A stretch of 55,280 bases of DNA, filler included, from Platydemus manokwari (lineage: Eukaryota), in assembly GCA_037951405.1 (NCBI GenBank). It is 5 parts of 5 records of this genome, joined end to end, with 100 filler letters (N's around TTAATTAATTAA, not from the genome) between each part and the next. Parts side by side here need not be neighbours in the genome. Positions count along the whole stretch, not along the records: positions 10,176 to 24,007 come from JBBMOY011602519.1; 4 more parts are not named here. One strand, 5' to 3'. Shown one piece after another: positions 12,874 through 24,107 of this stretch. The translations under genes and the position numbers were made by a program. Numbering within the stretch: the first letter of the stretch is position 1; each line of letters begins with the position of its first letter. The notes beneath the pieces were generated by a model. The model was not told the origin of the DNA. It saw nothing but the letters and a program-made list of their open reading frames with translations, and made no database searches.

Positions 12874-13320
12874 TTATTTGGTTTTTTTTCCAACTGTTTT
12901 TCCTTTGGATTGTGTCTTCGTTATTTGAACATTTACTTTCGTGTCGACTACTTGTGGTTTTGGATTGGTTTTCGGTGCTGTTTGAGAAGATGTTTTGCCA
13001 ACTACGGTTTTTGCATTGGATCCGACGACGTATGGTGCCGGTGCTACGACTTTCGTTTCTTCGTTACCTTCAATCCAATTATCGTTTATAGCATGGGTTT
13101 CATAATACTTTTCTGGATCAGGATGACGATGTCTATGATGCCCATAATAGCCTCTACGATATCCATGTTGGCGAGGATAGTGACCATGCGGAGGTCCTCC
13201 GTGAAAAGCATGGCCTGGATGTCTACGCTCATAGTGTCGATGGCGATGTTCAGGATAATGACAATGAATTAGTACAAATAGGTAACAACAGACAAGTGAG
13301 AGAAGTAGACAATACTGCAT
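12874..13320 (-). CDS. Small secreted His/Arg/Tyr/Gly-rich protein with basic Lys/Thr/Val-rich tail
   Basis: ATG-initiated 148-aa ORF. Hydrophobic signal peptide MQYCLLLSLVCCYLFVLIHC; 14 His in the next 46 residues; higher GC than flanks; TATA-like TAAATAAAAG about 30-40 nt upstream. Confidence 0.8.
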   Translation of the reverse strand: MQYCLLLSLVCCYLFVLIHCHYPEHRHRHYERRHPGHAFHGGPPHGHYPRQHGYRRGYYGHHRHRHPDPEKYYETHAINDNWIEGNEETKVVAPAPYVVGSNAKTVVGKTSSQTAPKTNPKPQVVDTKVNVQITKTQSKGKTVGKKTK

Positions 13321-14680
13321 TGTAAAATTGTAACATTTCTAGGACTTTTAGCTTTTATTTATTTATTTAATCATTCGGTATTCTTTAACCTTTGATAACT
13401 TTAATTGATAAGATTATTGTAGTTCTGTGAAACGTAAGATTAGTCACGTATAGTCTAGTATCTGAAAGAAAGATTGAAATTAAATATAGATTGATCTGTA
13501 TTAATAAAACGAAGTCTAGCTTTACCAAATATTCAGGTTTTCATAGGATTGAAAATTATTTTAGAATGGTTTTCAAAGAAAGGTATTTTTTTTAATCTAA
13601 AACTTTCTCCATTATTCAACCTAAATAGTAATGAATGATTTCATTGATCTTAGGTTTTATGAAAAAGAGAAGAGGAAAAGTACTAATATTTGTGAGCAAT
13701 AAAGTGTGCTATGAAATAGAAATATCAAGTAACCAGATAAGGGGACAAAGATAATTGATATACTTTTACAACAATCAACAACTTACATAAGATGACCGTG
13801 GATTAGAAATCACAAGTTAATGAATTATAGAATGGTGTATATTAGACATATTAATTTTTAGAAAGAATAACTACACTGTTTTATTGGTGAATTATTTTTT
13901 ACTAACAACGATTTATTATGAAAACCCTTTGTGACATTTAAAATATTCTTGAAAAAAGCGGTGAGGTGATTTACCACACATTCTGTAATTTATTTGGTTT
14001 TATCTAATACACATGTAGAAAAATTTGGATAAAATAGAAATCAGATTTTTATTTATATTTAATTTTTTTTTAAATTTCATCAATCGAAAACTTTTCAAAG
14101 AGACTTTGTTGTTGCAAATCCATTTCAGATTTTCACAGATAGAGTCGCAAGGAGTGGTCTAATGGACGAATGTATATTGTTTATAATATTATTCTTATAT
14201 CTGTCAATAAATCTTTTACCCTTTTGTTTATTGTGCTTCTCGAATATTTCATTTTGCACAATTAATAGTATGCATGAGTAATTTTAGATAATCAGTATTG
14301 TATGACGTATAATCAGTGTTATAAATTTTAAATAATCAGAAAATACTCGAATAAATGGACAGTAATAAAAATAAATTGAATAAATTTAATACACACAATT
14401 AAATAAATCACGAGTGATTTGTCATTAGGCAAATCAGAAGAATAAAATGATGCATCAATATTAAAAGTAATCATTTTATTTTTCTGTAAATAATTTTTCA
14501 AAGAATTAAGTAATTCAGTTGCATTTACATGATAAAACTGGTTTAAATAGGCTAACATTAGCAGTGAAAAATCATTCAATCAACTACTACAAAACTAAGT
14601 TCAAAATGGCTATAAGAGAGATATTTAAAGCATTAAAGGGTTAGTATATGAAATTATCAGAAAAAACAAATATCTCAATA

Positions 14681-15577
14681 TCAATCGATGAAATATTCCC
14701 CGCCACAATCGATAACTTTCTTCCACTGTTCTAGAAGTTTGTCAATCCGTCGTTTGAAGAAGCTTGTTGATTTTTGGTCGAAAACTTCTTCAATCCACGT
14801 TGTTATTGCTTCTTCGTTTTCAAATGTGAGACCAGAAATATGGTTCGACATGGAGTGGAAAAGATGAAAATCTGTAGGGGCTAAGTCGGCCAAATATGGA
14901 GGATGGAGAAGAACTTCTCGGCCAAGTTCTTCAAAAGCCATATTTGTCATTGTGACGACATGAGGCCGAACATTGACATGCTGTAAAATTATCTGCTTCT
15001 TATTGGTACTCTTCGCTTTGATTGCAGTGCTTATTCGCTTGAGTTTTTCTCAATAAAGTTCGGTATTGATTGTTTGATTAATTGTCAAGATTTCATAATG
15101 AATAACACCAACTTGGTCCCAGCAAACATACAACAAGATTTTGTGTTTATAAACCTGTTACGATACTAGAAAGGAAAGGTTAATGTTGACGCACAGCAGA
15201 TTGGTAGCGAATAACTTTCTTTGAGAAAGTGAGAGGTACCCATGATCCAAGCTTTTGAACCATTCCAATTTTCTTGAGATGTTGAAAAATAGAGGTGTGA
15301 TCACAATCCATGGCTTGTCCAAGCGCTCGTTTCAATTGACGCGGATCATCACGAATCAATTGGTTCAAATAGTCTTCATCAAAGTCACTTGGTCGACCTG
15401 ACTGAATTGCATTGTTTGAATCAAAATTTCCACTGTTAAATTTTAACGAGGGTAATGAAAGTGAAAGCAAATCTAAAATGATTTAAATAGATAATTCAGT
15501 TAAATGAATATAACAAGAAGTTGGTGTGTTTTATTCGCAACAAACAAAACCGCTCAAATTTATGCACCAACCAAATA
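14681..15577 (-). mobile_element. Degenerate mariner (DD34D) transposon, with one TIR at about 15551-15577
   Basis: Mariner motifs SGRPS, WVP, CWDQVGVIHYE, ILQHVNVRPH (HDNARPH with Asp lost), HPPYLADLAPTDFHLF and the GGEYF end. Frameshifts, stops and a deletion are present. TA-flanked TIR TATTTGGTTGGTGCATAAATTTGAGCG; no matching second TIR found. Confidence 0.9.
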
Positions 15578-16024
15578 ATTGAGTTATTGTATTACTAGAT
15601 TTAATCATTGGAAATTTCCGAAAATGTTTAAAAGCGAAAGCCAAACAATATTAAGAAAGCTACCCAGGCGATAAATATCTCTCCATAAGTATATTTTGAA
15701 ATTAGTTTAATATTTTTGCCATTTAAGAAAAGATTTGCATTATTGCTTTATGTCGGGTTAATTTTTAGAATTTGGTTGGTGTGAGTTCGAAAAATAAATT
15801 TCGATTTTTAAGACATTTTTATGGAACCTAATGTACACGAAAATTAACTATCAAATCTATTGGATTCTGTATGTTAGAACTAAATTTTTAGAAATATTAA
15901 AATACGGATAAACTAATTGATGGTAAATTATTTAAATAAATTTTTAAATGTCTACATCAACATTTGAACAAATACAAATGACAATTGTCTTGTGCAAGAA
16001 ATCGTTTGACATAAATAAATGTAG

Positions 16025-16358
16025 CATCATCTGAAATTTCTGTCAGAAAACACTACCACCGGAGGGCCCGATGGTCGCAATAAGTCTCTTGCAACTTTTC
16101 AAAGAGCTAATAATATGTTTGACATTAGGTAAGTGTCATTGTAAACATTCCTAATTCGTAAAATTTCACCTATCTTTGTTTAATCAATGCCAGGCAAGAT
16201 TCTTAAGATAATCTAAAGCATTGAATTAGATTTTATTTATTTATCAAGTTGTTAATTTATTGATTATATATTTTTAAATATAATCGAAAAATATTTTCGG
16301 TAGAAATGTTGTGGCTTGGGATGGTACAGTTAATAGACAATTATGGACAACAATTTAA
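16025..16358 (+). CDS. Two terminal exons of an unidentified gene (…TTTGGPDGRNKSLATFQRANNMFDIRNVVAWDGTVNRQLWTTI*)
   Basis: Exon 16025 (or 16047)-16128 with AG|GTAAGT donor (phase 2) splices in frame to 16304-16358, ending in TAA. Upstream exons not identified. Confidence 0.4.
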
Positions 16359-17444
16359 ACAATCTTAGCTTGTGTTTACTGGTGCTTAGAAGTATAAAAT
16401 CTTTTTATTAACAATATTATGTAACAATGTAATATATAAAAGTATTGATGTATAAATAAGGAAAATTACAAATATTTTAGTTTTTCTTTCACTTTTTTTT
16501 TTTATAAAAAAACTGTCTATTCCAGAAAGAAAAGTTCAGAAAAATATAAAATCTCTTTAAATGCAATTTCACTTATTTTCCTAAACCCAAATATAATTTC
16601 AATAACGCTAACAAATAGTCAGCTATATAATGACTGCCTAATATATTATAGTATGAAAAATACGAGTTGTTAAAATAGTCTTGCCTAAAATATTTAGTCA
16701 GAGTGAAACCCAGTAAAACAAATTTAATAATGAGTATTTCCGTCTGGCATAATAAATTCTGTGCAGTGTAGCAAATAAATTATATTAGAGAATTTCTACA
16801 AGTGACTTATCAAGCCCAATATAAGGGCACACGAAAACAGTGTAAACATAATGAGTACTCAACGAGAATGATTAAGATGACAATGATAATAAAATAAGTA
16901 CAGTTAAAGTGACAATGTTCGAAAATAATGATATTTCAATCTTCCTTATAATACTTACAAATTTATATAAATTTATATCGCATTCTAAGAAACGATCAAA
17001 CTAGTAAGTTATGCGTTATAGATGAAGCTTTAACGTTTTCTAAATTTAATGAGATTCAAATAGAATGAAAATCTTTTTAATCTTAATTACTGAAAGTAAA
17101 ATGATTATTGAAATACTGATAAAATGCCAACGATTAAATGTTAGTTTAATTTAATTATGGAAGAAAAATAAAATAATTGATAAGAAATATTTCTGAAAAA
17201 AATAAATTAGAAACCAAATTTGTTCTAAAAATGTTCGATTATGAATAATGATATAAATTCGAAAATTCATGTAAGGTAAATAATTGAACAAATGTTACAC
17301 GGAAAATTGTAGGTGCTGTTTCTTGAAATAGGAAATTAAAAAATTCAATATTGATATAATGTAACAGATTGGGCTCATTAATTATTTTAACTGAAGAAAA
17401 TACCATGGTAATTTTAATCGAAACGTGTGTACGCCTATGCACCT

Positions 17445-17775
17445 ATGATACCATTAAAATTAAGATACTTTTTCTTAGCTTTGTTTTGTTTTGTTTCGAT
17501 TTGTATATCAAGTGAACCGGATGTCAATTTGACCGTGGTATAACAAATATTTTATGTAATAATTTTTGATGATATTGAAAATAATTTATCTATACTGAAA
17601 CAATTAGATATTATCGATATCTCTGTGAAATTCTCGAAGTCACTACGGACGATGGGTATATTCTTGGATTACATAGAATTCCTCTAGGATTAAAAAATAA
17701 AAGTAAATTTTAAAATAATATGTAAAGTGATTTTGATATTTCCTTGAAATATATATTAGAACATGGATTTCCAAA
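17445..17775 (+). pseudogene. 5' fragment of an acid lipase (LIPA/LIPF family, Abhydro_lipase N-terminal region)
   Basis: Exon 1 17445-17537 MIPLKLRYFFLALFCFVSICISSEPDVNLTV (signal peptide + DPEVNM-like motif). Exon 2 17594-17702 TETIRYYRYLCEILEVTTDDGYILGLHRIPLGLKNK (the VTTEDGYIL..RIP signature). Exon 3 from 17760 KHGFP, then diverges and stops. The first acceptor reads AT instead of AG. Confidence 0.8.
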
Positions 17776-18209
17776 GTGGACGCTGCAAGGATTCAGAGGG
17801 TCGTTGGTGAGTACAAGCTCATTTGGTGCCAATAATAGAATGTAAGAAAATGATTATTAAAAATTTTGATGTATCTCGTTTGCTCAAAACGCTTAATTTG
17901 TCTTTAAACAACGTCCTGTACATTCTCACTAATTTTTATTGAAGTATGTGTAATCGCACACTCAATGCTACTGCTTGTGCACTTTGTCGCTTGCAACATC
18001 GAAGACTGGCAGTAGAGCGGTAGTATTTCTTGGATTCCCCTTAAGGATTAACTGAAATAAAACTAAAAGAAAGGTTAGTTTGTTGTGATATCTTTTTAAT
18101 ACATTTAATGAACAAGGTAGCAACATTGAGATTTTTTTCTAAATTGTTATTAAAAGTTAAAAAAAAAATGGTGTGGGTTAATTTTGGGGGAGTTAAGTAA
18201 TATTTATTC

Positions 18210-18258
18210 TGAAAAGGGGGCGATACGCCTAAAAAGTTTGGGAATCATTGGTCTAGAG
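18210..18258. mobile_element. hAT (Charlie-type) element terminus
   Basis: AAAAAGTTTGGGAATCATTG (rc CAATGATTCCCAAACT, like Charlie-type CAGTGGTTCCCAAAC ends) is followed directly by GTCTAGAG, which fits the NTCTAGAN target-site preference. Other end not found. Confidence 0.5.
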
Positions 18259-18603
18259 TAATGATATATATGTGTGTGTGTTAATTAAGATATACATGGG
18301 GAAAAATTTAGACTAGTTAGAATTTACTAGCGAAATAGATAAAATCAAAATAATAATTGGATCTGGAGCCTAATGTTATAAAAAGAAACATCAAAAAAGC
18401 TATTTTGGTTAAACTAACCAGGCTAAAATTCATTAATGATTGAAAGAAGGTTTACGATTGAGATGATTATAAAATATTTGGTTGGTAGAAAGTGAATTGA
18501 TTAATAACAGCGCTTTGAATTGAATTAAAAATTCCTTGAAAGAATTAATAAATTACTCTTATCAACTCAAAAATCAGATGAATCAAGTCATATAAAAACT
18601 TAC

Positions 18604-21600
18604 AGATACAAATGATTCTAGATAATCATCAGGAATCACCATTCCTAAGAACCTTAATAAAGACATCGAACAAACGAGATTTGTTTCCGCATCTGATCCA
18701 ACTTCATCGGAGAAAAATTTCGATTTATCAAGCAAAGTATCCAGAAAATGACGAAATTGATTATCCACCACTGCTAATCCATAGAGGGCAATGAATTCCC
18801 GTAGACATTCAAAAATGACAGCGCTTTCCAGGTCAGCTTTCACGCACGAATCATAAGTTCCAGTAACCAGACTAGTTTTAGATTCGTCCAATAGATCGGC
18901 AGAAATTTCTTCGAAATGAAAATTCTGATAGCATAATAAAAACTGAGCTAAAAGTTCGCTTAGAATTCTACTAGACGCTTGAATTGGTCCGACTAAATCC
19001 GCCAACCAAATCAAGCTCGAACAACTCAATTGAGCGAGACCTAGAATAATCGATAAATCATTATTAAATGATGTGATTCATTAACTCATTTTTGAGCAAT
19101 CTTGGGACAAATTTTGTCGAATTTGAATTTTTGATGATTTCAAAGGATTTGATCTCTGCTTATGGGGAGTTTTCCGAAAAGGTGAGAGCAATTGAGTCAG
19201 ACTTGCATTTCGACTTTTCGTTTGAGTAAGAGTTTCTTCAATTGCATCCGAATCAGATAATGGAAGAATATCCAGAAGATTAGATTGGCTCACTGGGATG
19301 TAACCATTTGGCTTGGAAGAGATGGTTTTGCATTCCCTACAACACAAAAGTGATATTCATATTAAGTGTATAGCAACTTTTTGTGATCGCAAGTATCTAA
19401 TCAATATTGAGTATATTACAAGGTATTTTAAAACTCGGTCGTGAAGCAATGTAGTTATGGATTATATTATCAGCTTCTATGACTACATAATTTGTAAATA
19501 TAAATAACTATTTACATTGAGGTCATAAGTGACATCAACAATTTACAATAACTAACGCCTGAACCAATAAATCATCCACTATTTCTATTCGACTCGGACA
19601 CATGTAATAAACATTATGGACTGATTTTAATATCAAATGATTAGCCTCTTCAGGAAAGTAGAATTTTTGTCTCACAAATACTTTTATTAGATAATAAATA
19701 CAAATTTGAATGAAAGTCATTTAATTTTGTGTGATGGCACCAACATATGTCCATATAATATTCTACAATATATTGATTGGGTTGAATTTTATAAAAATCA
19801 CATTTATAATTATATACGCAATCATTCGCCGTTTATAAGTTATTATTTATTAAGTTATTTATTATTTATTTAAATTATTTTTTACAGCAAGCTTTCTAGA
19901 ATTGTGTGACGCAAAAGTTTCCAGGTGAACTCGAAATCTTTAAAGAACCAGCCTCATTTACATAATATAAAAACAATACCTCCTTTACAAAGAATAAAGG
20001 CAGTATAAAAATACGTATTGATTTTAATTAATTATTGAGCAAAACGGATTATTTTGTCTCAAAGACGGAGAGAAAGAGATGACATCCCATTTCATCTGAT
20101 CAAACATTAAGCTTCTACAATTTCATTCGGATATTTTTTCAATGTCAATCAGGATGAAAAAGTTATCTCTTTTCTACTTTATCTTTATGTGAATTGTGAT
20201 ATTCAACACTCATTATCATGAAGAATATAATACTGTCTATTAGTTACCAATATGCCTTCATTCTTGATATTCAAATCAAAAGTCATGTTTACATCAGAAC
20301 AAAAAATCAATTCGTCAATACATCAATTTATCAAATAAATATTAGATATTAAATTTAAATTTATTTCCATCTGATTTGTTTTCATTTTTAATCCAAATAT
20401 AAAAATGCCCACATTTTTTATATTACATCTTATTTTTTAAAAAATATTTAAATTTTATGTTTAATAATGTTAATAATTTTAAAACTGAGAGTTTAACAGC
20501 ATTTTTAAAGCATGATCCTTTTTATAAATATTAATATGCTATAGTAATTTTTAATAAGTTTTTAAAAATATCTTTTGGTTCAGTTTTTAATAATATCGAT
20601 TCAATATAAATTTTAATTATTCATCATATCTCTAAATAAACCTCACACCGTCAAAATTGGAAAAATATTGAAAAGGATTTACGAGTTGCTCAATCTAAAA
20701 ATAATTTTGATTTATCATAAATAACAGATGAAAATCAACCAATCATCCATATCACATTTTCCGTGCTTTTAAATAAAATTCGATTTGATCTTGATGATAT
20801 ACATAATCCATTTTCGTAATTATTTACTTATCATTTCTATATTTTATTTCGGAAAGGAGAACACGGACATAATATAAATTTAATCATAGAATTGTTTATT
20901 GATTTTTCATTTCATAAATTTAATTTAAAATATCTTATCCTGGGTTTTGAATCCATTTTGGAAAAGTTCGACGAAAATAAAACCATTGTGTGAAACACTG
21001 CCGTATAGCATCTTAATTTTGTATAACAGCTTTTATAAAGAATTGCACTTTAAAAAATCATTAAAATCTCATTAGCTAATGAATCTTTTTCAATGCATCA
21101 TAAGTTTTATCAATAATTTAAAGAATTTATATCATATTGGTGCTTGGTAATTTTATTAACGGCTACATAATTATATTTCTGATTTCATGTATCAGAAACA
21201 TTTACCATACCACCTGTCATTTATAGACATTCGTTAACCCAATTTAATTATATATTGATATCATTACAATTTATAAGTAATATAGTTACACATTGGAATG
21301 GAATAGTTTTCAGATAAAATACACCCAACTATCAATGATCACATTAAATAACATTTAAAAGATTTACAGAAAAGTGCTATTTTAAAATGAAGGTAGTTCT
21401 ATATAAGACAATATCAGTAAATTATTGAAAATTTCCCGATTATTATCGATTTGATTGACAAGAAGAAAACAAAAATCAAATGATATATAAATAAAATTGA
21501 AGAACATTCAAATCTCACTCCATATCAAAGCTAGACTGGCTAATTGAATCTGGTTCAGGAACTCCTAGGACAATATCCGCTTTCACTGAATCTCCATCGG

Positions 21601-23652
21601 AATTGCCACTAATTTGTGAACATCTCTGATCTCGTAGAACATTATCATCATCTGAAACACTACATATGTCACAGATGGTGATTATTATTCATAGAATTCA
21701 ATAAATAACTCATTTCTATTATATCATCCATTCAAATAATAAAAATACCCACCACCACTATGAGTATACCTGAAAGATAAAGATAGTTTTAATTAATAGA
21801 TAAATTAAAGCTATCTATTTTAAAAATGACAACTCGTAAAATAGACTTGTTAACCAGAACTCTCAAAGATTAAAATCAAAAAATATAAAATATTAAAAAT
21901 CTACTAAACGTATTTCGTCGATAAAATAAATTTTACAGAAATTATGTTTAAAATTCCCCTCCCCCATATTGAAAACTTAAGCAGCAGAAACACTAATTAT
22001 ACTCGACTTAAAAATAGATATTAAGTGAAATTGATTTCTCATTATGATCAAATTATACTGTATGATAATCGATTAAATATCACTTTATCCGTTCCAGAGA
22101 AAATAACAATATTAGCCGAGTTTACTAATTAATAACAAAATATCAGCAACGCGACATCTTAGATTCACACATGCGCTTAGGAGTGGTTTTTACCATCTCA
22201 TAATTGATAAAACTAGAACTCTGAATTTATTTTAAGTGGATCTTCCAAATTGTACATAGATATTTCATAACTAACAATCAGACCAACTAAATTTAACCAC
22301 AAAATATTGTTAACCATAAAATTTAAATAAAAATATCATAAATTGTCTTAGAGATATTAAAGAAATTTCGGTAGCCAATAGCGAAAGGATTTTCGATTAG
22401 AGTAAAATTAACCAAGTTGTACTATATATGTATGACTGTGTGTGTGTGTTTGGAATTTAATTGCAGATGACCAAATTATTGAAATTAATTTACAGAAGAG
22501 AGAAAATAATTAGATATTTAGAGATAGACAACCTAAATGGGATTTCCAGGCAGCTTTATTAAAACAAACTCTATGGTGGATAGTATTATTAGGTTGCAAG
22601 ACTTGTAATAGTTCTCAACCAATTATAATATTTAAATCGACGTGGAACGTGTTATAATAAACATGAATATGTCACTGATAAATCAATAAAAAATCATTGG
22701 AAATCAATTTCGTTTCGATTGTGATAGTTAAGACAATGATTACTCTCGAATTGGATCCACAATCAAAAATAAGAAATCCAAATTCAAAGAAAGAAATCAA
22801 GTCGAAATATGCTTGAAATAATTCTTTAATAAAAAATTTCAATTTTGGTGAGAAAAAACATTAATAATTAATCGAATAATGAAGATAAAATATTAAAAGA
22901 AGTAAATCTAAAATCACCAATATTACAATTATTAGTCAATAAATAATGAAAGATACTTACCAAATGGAAGAGTTCTCACAATCATTTAATGAATCGTTAT
23001 CATTATAAATGCTTTTGGTATCTATATCAGGAATATTCGATTCTTTCATTGTCCCAAATATATTTTGACCCATCACAAGCATTTGAACCAAACGTTCAGT
23101 GATACTATTCAAAAACTCCACCATACCGATTCTAATTAAAAGGAGATTCAAAAATGTGCGTTGATAAAGGAGAGCGTGTTGACTTTTAACTAGATGCTTA
23201 ACATTCGGATATAAACTGATAATGTATGGAAGAACCTCTTTGATAAAGTACTGGAATGGAGAGAACGTAATGGAAATTAAGTTCAATACAAACTCACAAA
23301 TTTCCCGCTAAATAAACCAAGTTTTTGGGTGACACAAATTAAAATTTCCAACGTCTTATCGAAATCCATATCAGAATTGGGTTTCAAAAGATTAACCAAA
23401 TGTGGAGTCAACAAATTCAGTGTTTGTTCGTGGAATTTACAATTGGCAGTTTGACTCTTGAAGAAATGTTTCACTGCAATGACATTGTCCATTTGAGACA
23501 AGTTGATATTTGTAATGACATCGAATAAATGAATTGTGGATTTGTTAAATCGCAGCCATTTGTCACATTTTATCAATTCAAATATATCCGGGACTCGACC
23601 AGTATTGCTTCTACAATCACCGATAATTGTTTCGACAGTATCACGGAAATGT
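18604..23652 (-). CDS. WDR81: WDR81-like protein (BEACH/WD40 family), middle portion, multi-exon
   Basis: Phase-compatible exons 23652-23298, 23250-22961, 21769-21753 (17 nt), 21651-21519, 19336-19086, 19040-18604; a probable further exon at about 18534-18456. Segments LLYQRTFLNLLLIRIGMVEFL, LIWLADLVGPIQASSRILSELL and FECLREFIALYG resemble my recollection of WDR81 ([49 protein letters not shown]). The 5' end is beyond the contig; WD40 exons not found. Confidence 0.7.
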
Positions 23653-23932
23653 CTACAATATGAACATAATTCTTTTAGGAATAGTGAAACAATATTAAAA
23701 TGAAATAATAATTCCCATTTGAGTCACAGTTATCTCGAAATCATCTGGTGGACCAATTCAAATTAATTTCTTCTAGTTAATTATTAAGTAATGCTTAAAT
23801 ATATAAAATTATCACACCGCTGAATTCGAGACCTTAACCATTGTGAATAACTTTATTAATAACCTTCATCCAAGTTGTGGGTATAAGTTATGATTGGTTT
23901 TCAGTTAATCGATATAGTTATTCTCATCACAA

Positions 23933-23966
23933 TATTAGGCTGAGTCAAAAGTTATTCATGTTTTTT
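23933..23966 (+). mobile_element. Mariner-like TIR at contig end
   Basis: TATTAGGCTGAGTCAAAAGTTATTCATGTTTTTT; a near-identical inverted copy is at 44429-44461. Confidence 0.7.
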
Positions 23967-24007
23967 AGTTGTTTAAAGTTTTTGTTTTACCAAATCATTT
24001 AAACATA

Positions 24008-24107
24008 NNNNNNNNNNNNNNNNNNNNNNNNNNNNNNNNNNNNNNNNNNNNTTAATTAATTAANNNNNNNNNNNNNNNNNNNNNNNNNNNNNNNNNNNNN
24101 NNNNNNN
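24008..24107. other. Artificial contig spacer
   Basis: 44 N + TTAATTAATTAA + 44 N. Confidence 0.97.

Noticed and set aside
12826-13272. 148-aa plus-strand ORF
   Set aside because: Antisense shadow of the His-rich gene; TTG start and Met/Cys/Phe-rich composition explained by reversed codons.
17239-17442. ORF as the next WDR81 exon
   Set aside because: Only weak resemblance; it runs into a stop without a convincing donor.
19535-19720. ORF as an additional WDR81 exon
   Set aside because: Its apparent phases (1 to 2) do not fit between the phase-2 donor at 21519 and the phase-2 acceptor at 19336, which join directly in frame.
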